From: a virus
IMG/VR virus record: IMGVR_UViG_3300043788_000114
Span: 1 to 64,000 of that record
DNA length: 64,000 bases
Strand: one strand, 5' to 3'
Shown: piece by piece, positions 8,838 to 18,141 of the stretch
Layout of the letters: the number at the start of each line of letters is the position of its first letter
How positions within the stretch are numbered: position 1 is the first letter of the stretch
Made by a program: the position numbers and the translations under genes
The notes under the pieces: model-generated
What the model saw: the letters and a program-made list of their open reading frames with translations, nothing else
What the model was told of the DNA's origin: nothing
The model's database searches: none

Positions 8838-8869
8838 AGATGGCGGACTCCGGTCCGCCATTTGTTTTT
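8838..8869 (+). terminator. Intrinsic terminator closing the array
   Basis: AGATGGCGGAC-TCCG-GTCCGCCATTT followed by GTTTTT. Confidence 0.8.
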
Positions 8870-8905
8870 GGGTAGACAGTTCAATCCCTTTGCCATAAGA
8901 TTCAC

Positions 8906-11068
8906 TTGAGTTGCACGACGGACTGGTTGGGAGCCAGTTCGAACCGGGAGAGAACGAAGGGTTGGTTGCCGGACTCTACAGAGACGATTCGTTGGCAAGT
9001 CCCAAACTGGGAGTCCTCCGCAAGCGTCAAGGTCGCTTGGGTTGAGGAGCAGATCGCCGAAGGTGAAGGATACCTTTCCGGCCAAGCGTGCTACCGCGAT
9101 CTGAACAAGAATCTACGTGTTTTCGATGGAATCTTCAAAGATAAAACCAAATCCTCACTGCTCACTAATCAGCTAAAATACAACGTTCGTAAATTCTGCG
9201 AAACGTTGGCCGAAGTCCGTGAGATCGCCGGATTTTCGAGTGACGTTCCATCCTACAAAAAGATGGCCGAGATGCTTACAAAGGTGAGCAAGGCCGTCTA
9301 TCTGGAATCCAATTTTCCGTACCAAATTCTCAAGGTTCTCCAATACGCCACGGTGATGGGAATCGGATACTTATGGCCGAAAGTCAGAACATCGGAATAC
9401 GGTTCCGGACCGCGCGAGATGGTGTTCGACGCTCTTGGCCTGCTCGACGTGGTTCCTGTTCAAATTCCTGCGCGGAGCAACGATGTGCAGGACGCTTACG
9501 CCGTCACGATCTACGACTATATGCCCATCGCGGAGGCGAGTGCTCGCTTCCCACTTTTTTATGGCCAACTCCAGACGGTCGGAAGAAACAACTACAAATC
9601 TCTTATCCAAGCTCAGCGTCAGGATTTCAATGCGACGTGGCGCTACGGACAGATCGGCGAAACACAGAGCAGGAGTTTCGGAAACCTGTACACGGAAATC
9701 CGCTACACGTTTATTCGCGACATGCGCGTGAACACGACGGGCTTAGAAATGAAGTGCGGTGATCCGGGAACCACATGGTTCTACAAGGTTCCTTACATCG
9801 GTCAGGAAATATTCGGCGGCATGAGAAACGGCAAGCCATATATGCGCCCCGCCATGGTCGAAGACTGCCGGATTTATCCAAATCTGCGATTGATCATCAC
9901 ATCTTCCGGGCTCGACAAGCCGATGTACGATGGCACATCTTTCGAGTGGGACCCAAAGATTCCGATTATCCAGTACACGGTAGATGATTGGTCTTGGGAA
10001 GCTCTTGGAAGATCGCTTGTTGGCGATGTGGCTTCCATCGAAACTACGATTCGCAAGCACGAGAGGAAAATCGATCAGGTAATCACCGCGCGCCTGAATC
10101 CGCCAATGGGTTACGATCTCGATACTAACGGCGGACAAAAGGTTGAACACTTCGACATTTTCGAAGAAGATGTGCGCCTCGGTCTGGCTGGAGGAGAGCC
10201 AAAAAAGAGTTTCCAGTCGCTCCTGCCTGACGAAGTTGCCGTAGGTCAAGACAATTGGACATTTTTGAAATATCTTGGAGAAAAAGAACTCGCCCAACTT
10301 GGCTTGAACGATGTAGGAAACCTCGCCAACATCAAGATGAATCTCGCCAACGACACGGCGGACAAGATGCTCGAATCTATTGGTCCAATCGCCAAGGGTA
10401 TCGCGATGAGGATCGAGAAAGCTAACAAACGTGTCGGCGAGAGAATGAAGTATCTGATCCCGCAATTCTTCGACGCCAACAGATTGGTCGAGTACGTCGG
10501 TCCGGATAACGTGGCGAAAGAGATGTTCGATTACGACCCGGACACACTCGTTCCGAGCCACTTGCCAGACGAGTTCATTGGTGGAAAGTATCCGGAGACT
10601 CCATCCAGATATGACCGGCTCACACGGGCGAAATTCTTCGTCAAGAAAATCCGCCTCGTCTCCGTTCCAAGCACGCTGTTGAAGATCACGCAGATGCAGG
10701 AGCAACTGAAGTTCCTCAACCTGAAGCGTGGTGGCGCTCCAATTTCGTGGGAGACGGTCTTCGAGAAGTTGGATATTGCTGATCCGAAGCGCGAGATCGA
10801 GAAGAATTTCAAGGAAGAAGTCGAGCTTCAGAAGATGAAGATTCTCGCTCAGATCGAGATCATGAAGATTTTGAAGAGCCTCGGTATTGATCCGTCGCAG
10901 CTTGGCGGAGGCGATGAAGGTGGGGGAGCTAAGCCAAAAGGCGGTGGTGGCGGCGGCGGTGCGCCGCACGCTGGGGGAAGGCCACCAAGTGGGCAGTCCG
11001 GGCCACGTGTGAAGCAAAAGGGCGCAGCCGGTGGTGCTCCTAGAACACTAATTTCGGAGAGCGGATGA
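8906..11068 (+). CDS. Portal protein (P22-like); true start possibly TTG 8966
   Basis: ~700 aa, between TerL and scaffold/MCP; helical C-terminus and Gly-rich tail. Confidence 0.8.
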   Translation: MSCTTDWLGASSNRERTKGWLPDSTETIRWQVPNWESSASVKVAWVEEQIAEGEGYLSGQACYRDLNKNLRVFDGIFKDKTKSSLLTNQLKYNVRKFCETLAEVREIAGFSSDVPSYKKMAEMLTKVSKAVYLESNFPYQILKVLQYATVMGIGYLWPKVRTSEYGSGPREMVFDALGLLDVVPVQIPARSNDVQDAYAVTIYDYMPIAEASARFPLFYGQLQTVGRNNYKSLIQAQRQDFNATWRYGQIGETQSRSFGNLYTEIRYTFIRDMRVNTTGLEMKCGDPGTTWFYKVPYIGQEIFGGMRNGKPYMRPAMVEDCRIYPNLRLIITSSGLDKPMYDGTSFEWDPKIPIIQYTVDDWSWEALGRSLVGDVASIETTIRKHERKIDQVITARLNPPMGYDLDTNGGQKVEHFDIFEEDVRLGLAGGEPKKSFQSLLPDEVAVGQDNWTFLKYLGEKELAQLGLNDVGNLANIKMNLANDTADKMLESIGPIAKGIAMRIEKANKRVGERMKYLIPQFFDANRLVEYVGPDNVAKEMFDYDPDTLVPSHLPDEFIGGKYPETPSRYDRLTRAKFFVKKIRLVSVPSTLLKITQMQEQLKFLNLKRGGAPISWETVFEKLDIADPKREIEKNFKEEVELQKMKILAQIEIMKILKSLGIDPSQLGGGDEGGGAKPKGGGGGGGAPHAGGRPPSGQSGPRVKQKGAAGGAPRTLISESG

Positions 11069-11865
11069 GGAAGGTATACATCTACGTTTTGAAACATCCG
11101 GAGACGTTTGAGATTCGTTACGTCGGGTTGACTCGTGCGCCACAGCGACGGTTGAACAACGAGATCAACTATCCCCATACAAAACACCTAGCGAATTGGA
11201 TGAACAGCCTTAAGATACTAAAGTTGAAACCCCTCATGGAGATCATAGAGGAATCGGTAGAAGGGGCTGCGGACGAAGCAGAACGACGCTGGATTGCAAA
11301 TTTTAGATCAAAAGGATGTCGACTGATCAATTACACAAGCGGCGGTGAAAATGGTTTCACGATGAGTGAAGAATTACGGGCCAAATTCCGCATACTCAAT
11401 AGCAGGAAGCGTCGCCCAATGTCCGATGAGCACAGGGCAAAGATTTCAGACTCCCTTAAAGGGAGAGAGTTGACACCGGGTAATGGAAAGTATTTTTCTG
11501 CGCTTAACATCAAGCGTAAGGGAATCCCCCTAAGAGAAGAGACGAAGGCGAAATTGAGAGAAATTGGTAGAGCGCAACTCAACGGCAAGTGGTTCGAGCG
11601 GTTCATAGAAGGGTGCCGGAATCGCAAACGCCCCTCAAAGTTCACTGACGAACAAAAGTCAGAAATCAAGTTCCTGATCTCAGAAGGGTACTCGCAAAAA
11701 ATTATTGCCGAAACATTTGGGATATGCATTGGCACCGTTTCGGATGCGAAGAGGGGGAAAATCTGGGCAAAAATAATACCAGCCACTTCCGCATCTATCG
11801 TTCCAGAATTTAAGAGTGTGCCACTCGTAAGAAACGAAAAAGGTCAGTACGAAAGAGCGGCATAG
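11065..11865 (+). CDS. GIY-YIG homing endonuclease with NUMOD3-like motifs and C-terminal HTH
   Basis: YIYVL...IRYVGLT...RRL...AERRWI...LIN; MSDEHRAKISDSLKGR. Confidence 0.85.
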   Translation: MRKVYIYVLKHPETFEIRYVGLTRAPQRRLNNEINYPHTKHLANWMNSLKILKLKPLMEIIEESVEGAADEAERRWIANFRSKGCRLINYTSGGENGFTMSEELRAKFRILNSRKRRPMSDEHRAKISDSLKGRELTPGNGKYFSALNIKRKGIPLREETKAKLREIGRAQLNGKWFERFIEGCRNRKRPSKFTDEQKSEIKFLISEGYSQKIIAETFGICIGTVSDAKRGKIWAKIIPATSASIVPEFKSVPLVRNEKGQYERAA

Positions 11866-11876
11866 CGGAGAAGTAT

Positions 11877-12488
11877 ATGGGCATAAAATGTTTTTGGCTT
11901 GAACCGACCGATAGAGAGAAGCGATACCTGCGTCGCTACGCCTCGGGCTCGAAGTGTTCCGGTCCAATGTCCTACCACGATGCCATGGTGTTCCTCGATG
12001 AATCTCGTGAAGTGATGAATGAGGACGGAACGCATTGGGTTGATAGCGGACAGACGGCGGAGGATTTCAATGGCCATCATCTTTGGCCGACGCGCTGCGC
12101 CTGCGGATACGAATTTCAGGAAGAAGATGCTCGGCAGTTGTTTAGTTCTCACATCTACCGGCGCACTGATACTGGCGAGGAGATGACGCTGAGAGATGCC
12201 CCTGATGGGGCGATGTGGGACGCGACATGGTTCCGTGATGCGCCCGGATGGTGCGGCCCGGACGGCAAATCAATTATTTGCAAAGTCCCTAAGAACCCCG
12301 ACTGGAGTATAGACGGGCCAGCGAGCAATTGCACGAAACCGAATGAACCACACCATTGCTGGGTGCGACATGGGATTCCGCCAAATCTGACCGTGGATAA
12401 AAATGGGGATACGTGCTCGGCTGGTGGTGGTTCCGTTCAAACTCGCGACTGGCACGGTTTTTTGCGCAACGGAGAACTCGTGCAGTAA
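11877..12488 (+). CDS. Cys/His-rich hypothetical protein (DUF6527-like C-terminus)
   Basis: PPNLTV...GSV....WHGFLRNGEL ending. Confidence 0.6.
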   Translation: MGIKCFWLEPTDREKRYLRRYASGSKCSGPMSYHDAMVFLDESREVMNEDGTHWVDSGQTAEDFNGHHLWPTRCACGYEFQEEDARQLFSSHIYRRTDTGEEMTLRDAPDGAMWDATWFRDAPGWCGPDGKSIICKVPKNPDWSIDGPASNCTKPNEPHHCWVRHGIPPNLTVDKNGDTCSAGGGSVQTRDWHGFLRNGELVQ

Positions 12489-12511
12489 TCAGAGCTAAAA
12501 GGAGATCAGGG

Positions 12512-12751
12512 ATGCCAATTAGGATCAAGATTCAAAAGCATTATCTCCGGGGGGAATCAACGGTCGATCTACCCGCAGACGTGGCAGAGGTGGATCAGCA
12601 GTTGAGAGCCACGAAGGCCACCGGAAAGATGGTCGTCCTCTATAACGACGGTTACATCCAAGGAATCAACATCGAGCAAAATTGTAAGATGTCGGAAGCT
12701 GAAGCTACCGATACTCGATCCCGCATGGGAGTGCGCGATGTACATTTGTGA
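12512..12751 (+). CDS. Hypothetical protein
   Basis: SD AAGGAG; 79 aa. Confidence 0.6.
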   Translation: MPIRIKIQKHYLRGESTVDLPADVAEVDQQLRATKATGKMVVLYNDGYIQGINIEQNCKMSEAEATDTRSRMGVRDVHL

Positions 12752-12835
12752 GACGTCTAATCTCCCGGAAAAGCGCAACCTATTGACTCAAAAAGCGCAG
12801 AAGTAGATTTTCCTAAAGATTTTTCTTGACAGAAT

Positions 12836-12960
12836 TTTGAATTGGGTCTATTTCTGTTAAGGATTCACAACATTGCGCGTGCCTCCCATACTCCTTTCGG
12901 AATTTTGGGAACAAGTGGCGGCTTTGGAACCGGAGACGGTCTCAAAGCCGTTTTCATTTG
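12836..12960 (+). promoter_or_regulatory. Promoter and two-hairpin leader of the head operon
   Basis: TTGACA-17-TATTTC; ATTCAC..CGTGCC-stem-ACAAGTGGCGGCTT-stem, repeated at 32862-32953. Confidence 0.55.
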
Positions 12961-12991
12961 GACCAAACTTCAACCACAAAGGAGAATCACC

Positions 12992-13102
12992 ATGGCAAGG
13001 AAAAAGCATCACAAGGCAAGCGCCAAGGCACACGTGAAGAAGGCCGGTCACAAGAAGGGCCACCGCAAGAGCCACTCGAAAAAGAGCATGATCAAGGCGT
13101 GA
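12992..13102 (+). CDS. Small Lys/His-rich basic protein
   Basis: MARKKHHKASAKAHVKKAGHKKGHRKSHSKKSMIKA; SD AAGGAG. Confidence 0.75.
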   Translation: MARKKHHKASAKAHVKKAGHKKGHRKSHSKKSMIKA

Positions 13103-13129
13103 CGGTCGTAGCCACACAGGAGAAACGAA

Positions 13130-13435
13130 TTGGCTACTAGCCCAACAATGCCCGATCAGAGTGCTGGTGCCCCACCTTCAGGTGGTGGGGCCAGTACCCC
13201 ACCCACCGGAACGATGCCGACCCAAGGATCGTCACAGGGTCCGCCATCTCAGCAACCAGCAAATGACATACAGAAACTTTTGGGCAACTGGAGCACCGTT
13301 GCTCAGCAGGTCGCCGCTGCCTTTCCGCAGATTGCCTCGCAGATGAACAAGATCGTGCAGGCGATTGGTGAAGCGCAGACCGCGATGGTTACGCCGTCGC
13401 AGCCAACCCCAGCGGCCCAAAATCCGCCGTATTAA
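13130..13435 (+). CDS. Pro/Gln-rich head-associated hypothetical protein
   Basis: SD AGGAG, TTG start; central helical segment. Confidence 0.65.
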   Translation: MATSPTMPDQSAGAPPSGGGASTPPTGTMPTQGSSQGPPSQQPANDIQKLLGNWSTVAQQVAAAFPQIASQMNKIVQAIGEAQTAMVTPSQPTPAAQNPPY

Positions 13436-13458
13436 AACGAAACCGGGAGAACAAAGAC

Positions 13459-14442
13459 ATGACAGTCGCAGAAGTATTACTCAAGTCGGGATGGACACAG
13501 GCTCAGATCGATGCGCTTGACGCGAAAGCCATGAGCGGGCTCAACGAATTTGTGGGCGGCATCGAGAAAACCGCAGCGGAGAAGGAACAAGCTGCGAAGG
13601 CGGCGGCTGAGAAAGCCGAGGCGGATCGCAAGGCGGCAGAAGCATCAGCCGTTCTCGCCAAGGAAGCGGAAGAAAAAGCGGCCCTCTCGAAGCGCAGCGT
13701 GGATGAGTTCTGGCGCGACACTTACAATCCCGGCGTTGCGAAGTGGGAAGAAGAGCGGGCGAAGCTGGCCAAGGAAGCGGCGGACAGGGCAGCAGAGGCG
13801 GCGTTCTACAAGACCCAACGCGAGAGTTACCTAAAGACTTTGAATATCGATCCGGCCAGTGCTCCCGAGTTCAAACCGGCAACGGAACCGGAAAAGAAAG
13901 AACCGCCGACGCCGGGAAGCCCCACATTCAGTCAGGATGACTTCCTCAAGCGCGTCGACAAGGGCGTCTTCACGATTCAGGACATCGGATGGAAATACCA
14001 GCAGCTTTATGGCGCACCGATCCCGGTGTCACCGAGCGATCTGGTGGCTCAAGCTGACGCGCTCAAGCTGAGCCCGATGGAGTATGCCGCGCGCACTTAC
14101 AAGTTTGCCGAGAAGGAAGCCGAGCGCCGCGCCGCCGAAGCCAAGGCACACGATGACAAGATTGCCGCTGACGCCATGGCCGCAAGAGACGCGGCTCACA
14201 AGGCGGAAGTGGAAAAACTCCAAGGCGAGTGGAACGCCGAGAAGCGCAAGCTCGCGGAGCAGACCAGCAACAACCCGGATACGAGAACACCTCCGGGATC
14301 GGCCAAGTTCTCCGATCTGCAAAGGGCAACCAAGGCGGGAGAGCGCAAGGACCCGACGCGGATGTCGCCAGAAGAGCGCAGGCGGTACACGCTCGACAAC
14401 ATTCACAAGACCATCGAAGAGCGCGAAATAGCAGTGGCGTAA
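13459..14442 (+). CDS. Capsid scaffolding protein
   Basis: Ala/Glu/Lys coiled coil upstream of MCP. Confidence 0.7.
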   Translation: MTVAEVLLKSGWTQAQIDALDAKAMSGLNEFVGGIEKTAAEKEQAAKAAAEKAEADRKAAEASAVLAKEAEEKAALSKRSVDEFWRDTYNPGVAKWEEERAKLAKEAADRAAEAAFYKTQRESYLKTLNIDPASAPEFKPATEPEKKEPPTPGSPTFSQDDFLKRVDKGVFTIQDIGWKYQQLYGAPIPVSPSDLVAQADALKLSPMEYAARTYKFAEKEAERRAAEAKAHDDKIAADAMAARDAAHKAEVEKLQGEWNAEKRKLAEQTSNNPDTRTPPGSAKFSDLQRATKAGERKDPTRMSPEERRRYTLDNIHKTIEEREIAVA

Positions 14443-14516
14443 GACGAATTTTAGGCGAAAACTTCTTGGATTTTATCGTTGATTCTATTACGATAAGGCT
14501 CGGAAGGAAACACAAA

Positions 14517-15140
14517 ATGACGGTAGTTCACAGAAACAAGACGGGATTTGACGCAACGCGGAAACCAACAGCCATTGATATTGCGTGGGCTGCTGGAATC
14601 TACGAAGGGGAAGGAAGCTGTGTTGCGTCCGGAGAGAAAGACAGTAAGGGCGACCGTCGTTCGTTCGCCGTTAACGTGCCTCAGAAGGACCCGGAGATTC
14701 TGTACAAGTTGTGCGATCTATTTGGTGGGAGGATCAGCCTTTTCAATGTCAAAAGCAGGACGAGGTTCCCGATCTACCACTGGGTAAATTGTGGTGACAG
14801 GGCGAGAGCGTTTCTTACCGCCATTTACCCATTCCTGACAGCAAAACGCAAGGCGCAGATCAACGCAACTCGCGTTTCAATTTTTCTGGAAGAAGCTCAA
14901 GAATTTCTGGTTTTGCCAGTGGATGATGAGCCGTGCCCTAGGTACCAATCCATTTGTGAATGCGTGCAGAATTTTACAAGCGTTCATCGCGCAGCGGCAG
15001 ATTTGAAGCGCTATGAGTACTTGCGGAACTACTACCAACAGCCGGGCTACAAAGAGAAGAAGCGCATCGAGAAACGTAACTCAAGAAAACTCAAAAAGGA
15101 GCAATCGCTGAAAGTTGTCGAGATACAGAAGACAGCATAA
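14517..15140 (+). CDS. LAGLIDADG-type homing endonuclease, free-standing
   Basis: IAWAAGIYEGEGS motif, QKDPEILYKL..LFGG, IYPFLTAKRKAQ. Confidence 0.8.
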   Translation: MTVVHRNKTGFDATRKPTAIDIAWAAGIYEGEGSCVASGEKDSKGDRRSFAVNVPQKDPEILYKLCDLFGGRISLFNVKSRTRFPIYHWVNCGDRARAFLTAIYPFLTAKRKAQINATRVSIFLEEAQEFLVLPVDDEPCPRYQSICECVQNFTSVHRAAADLKRYEYLRNYYQQPGYKEKKRIEKRNSRKLKKEQSLKVVEIQKTA

Positions 15141-15159
15141 GTGATTGAAAGGAAACGAC

Positions 15160-16437
15160 ATGCCATTTACGCCGACAGACCCCACCTACAATGAGATCGA
15201 CTCCACAAATTTGGAGTCCGTGAGGAAAGAGGTTGTATGGAACAACTTTTTCGTCGGCACTCCATTCCTCGAAGAGTTGCGCCGCGCAGGCGTAGCCGAC
15301 CCATATCTGGGCGGCGCTGGCATGACCGAAGTGTTCCTCTTCGGTCGTCCGCAGGGCGCAGGTGTCAACCCCGGCCAGACGATCACGGTGACCCGTCAGC
15401 AGATCACCGACAAGCTGAAGTTCTACGAGAAGGGCTACGCTTCGTGGTTCCCGATGGACGACTGGGAAATGGACGACGGCTCGGGAACGGGCGGCGTCAT
15501 CAACTCCGGTCCGGCCAAGATTTGCGACATCTACGCGATCTTCATGGAAGCCTTGGTGATGCAGATCAACACCATGCTGGAGATGGACGCGTATCGTCAC
15601 GGCCAGCAGTCCTCATCTACGGTGCAGGACAACCGTTACAAGGTTTCGAACGGCCTTGACGAGGCGTTGAACAACGGCATCGATACATCGCTCTACGGAA
15701 ACCGTTACACCTCGTATGGGCAGCAGTTGCGCAACGGCGCGGTAGGCTCGGCGATCAACGTGACGCCGCTCTATCTCGGCCAGCCTAACTTTGGCACCGC
15801 AGCGGCTCCGGCAACCAGTGGTCCCGGACAGATCAACTTCGGATCGCTGATCCAACTCTGGTCGCAGTGCAAGATTACCGGTGGAGCGCCGAAGTTGGGT
15901 ATCACGAACGTGTTCGGCTTCAAGGCCATCGCGATTGCACTCGACGCTTACCGGCGCGATATTTCAAACGTGAAGCACGACATCACATGGGATGCGCTGG
16001 ACTTCAACGGAACCCAGATTTACTCCGATCCTCTAGCTCCGTCAGCGACCGCCCAGTATTACATTCCTCTCAGTTCAAACGCGGGCGCTTCCGGCAACAC
16101 GTCACTGGTTGACGGCGTGGGCAAGAACACCACCACGGTCGCCTACACGACACCGCAGTTCTTCAATGCGGCTGGCGCGGCGGTCAATTTCTCGCCGACA
16201 AACTCCGGCCTACCGTCAAATGCGGTCATTCAGCCATCGGAGGCGGTTTACTTCCTGACGCCGAACACCTTCAAGCTGAGGACCACTGACAAGGCTGGAT
16301 GGAACTTCGGCGTGCGCAGAACGAGCCAGTGGAACAACGTGAGCGTGGACACCATCTTCATGCGGTTGGCAACGAACCTGTACTGCACCCAGCCCCGCCA
16401 AAATGCTTACGCATACGGGTTCACAGCAATCGGCTAA
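15160..16437 (+). CDS. Major capsid protein (HK97 fold likely)
   Basis: 425 aa after the scaffold; C-terminal NLYCTQPRQNA typical of P22/SU10-like MCPs. Confidence 0.8.
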   Translation: MPFTPTDPTYNEIDSTNLESVRKEVVWNNFFVGTPFLEELRRAGVADPYLGGAGMTEVFLFGRPQGAGVNPGQTITVTRQQITDKLKFYEKGYASWFPMDDWEMDDGSGTGGVINSGPAKICDIYAIFMEALVMQINTMLEMDAYRHGQQSSSTVQDNRYKVSNGLDEALNNGIDTSLYGNRYTSYGQQLRNGAVGSAINVTPLYLGQPNFGTAAAPATSGPGQINFGSLIQLWSQCKITGGAPKLGITNVFGFKAIAIALDAYRRDISNVKHDITWDALDFNGTQIYSDPLAPSATAQYYIPLSSNAGASGNTSLVDGVGKNTTTVAYTTPQFFNAAGAAVNFSPTNSGLPSNAVIQPSEAVYFLTPNTFKLRTTDKAGWNFGVRRTSQWNNVSVDTIFMRLATNLYCTQPRQNAYAYGFTAIG

Positions 16438-16496
16438 TAGCCAGCGCACCGGCTTGATCGACGGAACGGAAACAGAGTAGTTCAAGGAGATTCAAG

Positions 16497-17354
16497 ATGC
16501 CTCTTCAGCAAGCTTTGCCGACATGGCTCGCGATCAACAACATGAATTCGGTGTCGCCGTCAGGCAATCTGGATACCCAGACCGGATTCCCTTACGAGGG
16601 CGGCGGATTGAATCCCGGCAACTACTTCGATCTGACCAACGAGGAAGCGGCCAACGCCTCCGACACAGCCAATGGACTTCTCTTCTCCGGACGGTACCGC
16701 TACGTTCAGGTTGACTCGGGAGCCACGGCGGCGAATGTGAAGACAGGCACGGTCGGCTACATCCGCTCCGGATCGAGCGTTGCCAGTGCAGTCACCACGA
16801 ACGCGGGCACCGGTCTGACGAACGGAAGCTACCAAGTGGCGGCAAATCCGGGCAATGGTGGAACTGGCGCGATCCTCGGCATCAACGTTGTCGGTGGCGT
16901 GATTGTCGGAAATCCGACAGTAGTTGCTGCGGGCTACGGATACGTCTCACCGCCAACCTTCACTCTCACGGCTCTCGGCGGCTCGGGCGCGGCAGTTGTT
17001 GCGCAGTTGGGTGTCAGCCAGAATGTGGTCACGAGCGCCGACATCGCGTTGACACCGGCTGCTGGAAACGCCGGTATCGGTCCGGTTCACCCGGTGGTGT
17101 TCCTCAACTCGATCACGCCCGGAAACTTCGGGTTCGTGCAGGAGAGCGGAACGGCCACAGTTCTCGCGGCCTCGGGCGACACGCAGGCGCAAAGCCAGAA
17201 TGCCCTGCCATCGACCGGTTCGGCTGGAGCAATGGTGGCGTCGTCGGCGTCCTACAGTATTCTCAACTTGGGTATCGTGATCGATCCACTGACCACGCCG
17301 CTCGCCAACACGCCGTTCAAGATTCAGATGACCACGCCAGCGTTCCAAGACTAA
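16497..17354 (+). CDS. Capsid decoration/cement-like protein
   Basis: Follows MCP; YRYVQ..., ITPGNFGFVQ..G pattern; inserted G-rich module. Confidence 0.6.
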   Translation: MPLQQALPTWLAINNMNSVSPSGNLDTQTGFPYEGGGLNPGNYFDLTNEEAANASDTANGLLFSGRYRYVQVDSGATAANVKTGTVGYIRSGSSVASAVTTNAGTGLTNGSYQVAANPGNGGTGAILGINVVGGVIVGNPTVVAAGYGYVSPPTFTLTALGGSGAAVVAQLGVSQNVVTSADIALTPAAGNAGIGPVHPVVFLNSITPGNFGFVQESGTATVLAASGDTQAQSQNALPSTGSAGAMVASSASYSILNLGIVIDPLTTPLANTPFKIQMTTPAFQD

Positions 17355-17372
17355 GGACGGGGAAAGGGACAC

Positions 17373-17696
17373 ATGCTTCTCACACCAATTACGCCGGTAC
17401 ACTACCCAACGCTGGTTGGCGACCGAAAGATCATTGTCGGCAGTGGCAGCGGACCGGCATCGTACAACCAGACGACTGGGGATGTGCTCAGCGTCCAGCA
17501 CTACAACATTGACGCGCCGTTGGGCGGCAGCGAAAGTCTGAGCGGAAACTATGCCGTGGTGCCTCGACCAGTCGGTATCGGCAATGCGCAGGGATGGACT
17601 CTGGACTGGTTCGCACTTCCCGGCTGGACGAGAGTTGCATCAAGCACCAATCTTTCTGCCGAACAAGTGCAGTTGGCAGTGATCGCAGGAACGTAA
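17373..17696 (+). CDS. Small virion (head) protein
   Basis: GPASY..TGD pattern, beta-rich. Confidence 0.6.
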   Translation: MLLTPITPVHYPTLVGDRKIIVGSGSGPASYNQTTGDVLSVQHYNIDAPLGGSESLSGNYAVVPRPVGIGNAQGWTLDWFALPGWTRVASSTNLSAEQVQLAVIAGT

Positions 17697-17741
17697 ACGA
17701 TTTTTCAACAAGTGTCTGATACCTCCCGGTTGCAGACAAAT

Positions 17742-17794
17742 AGACGCCCTCTGTGTGTGTGCCTCCTCCGGGGCAGCTTACGGAGGGCGTTTTG
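17742..17794 (+). terminator. Long hairpin, possible terminator or processing site
   Basis: GACGCCCTCTGT ... ACGGAGGGCGTT TT. Confidence 0.45.
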
Positions 17795-17824
17795 CTAGGA
17801 ACACAATTCGCAAAGGAGAATTTT

Positions 17825-17977
17825 ATGTCAAAGCGTAAGAAGGAAGTTTTGAACCGGCACGATCACAAGGGTCACAAGGTTTCGGCCAACGCGCACGCGA
17901 AAGGCAGTTTGAAGATCAAGTACGCGAAGAAGGCCAGCAAATCAAAGAAGGGATCGCACAAGACATTCATCGGCTGA
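17825..17977 (+). CDS. Small Lys/His-rich basic protein
   Basis: MSKRKKEVLNRHDHKGHK...KKASKSKKGSHKTFIG; SD AAGGAG. Confidence 0.7.
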   Translation: MSKRKKEVLNRHDHKGHKVSANAHAKGSLKIKYAKKASKSKKGSHKTFIG

Positions 17978-17988
17978 GGAGTCACGTG

Positions 17989-18132
17989 ATGACAAAGAGA
18001 GTCTCCAGCCGATGCTACATCGGCGCTGGCACGAAGTCCCATGGAAAGACGGACGTGGTGTATAGCAAGGGCGCGCGCACGCGCAAGAGCGGAAACGGCA
18101 AGACATCGCGCAAACGCGTGGCGGGGAAGTAG
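17989..18132 (+). CDS. Small basic protein (not in ORF track)
   Basis: MTKRVSSRCYIGAGTKSHGK...RKRVAGK; SD GAGGAG. Confidence 0.65.
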   Translation: MTKRVSSRCYIGAGTKSHGKTDVVYSKGARTRKSGNGKTSRKRVAGK

Positions 18133-18141
18133 GAGTGAAGC

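Noticed and set aside
8625-9085. Minus-strand ORFs over the pentamer array
   Set aside because: No SD, antisense to the operon, and composition is a by-product of the periodic sequence
9743-11017. 424-aa antisense ORF
   Set aside because: Shadow of the portal gene; no recognisable motifs
14229-15140. Group I intron or intein carrying the LAGLIDADG ORF
   Set aside because: Flanking scaffold and MCP genes look complete with their own stops and starts; no intron core recognised
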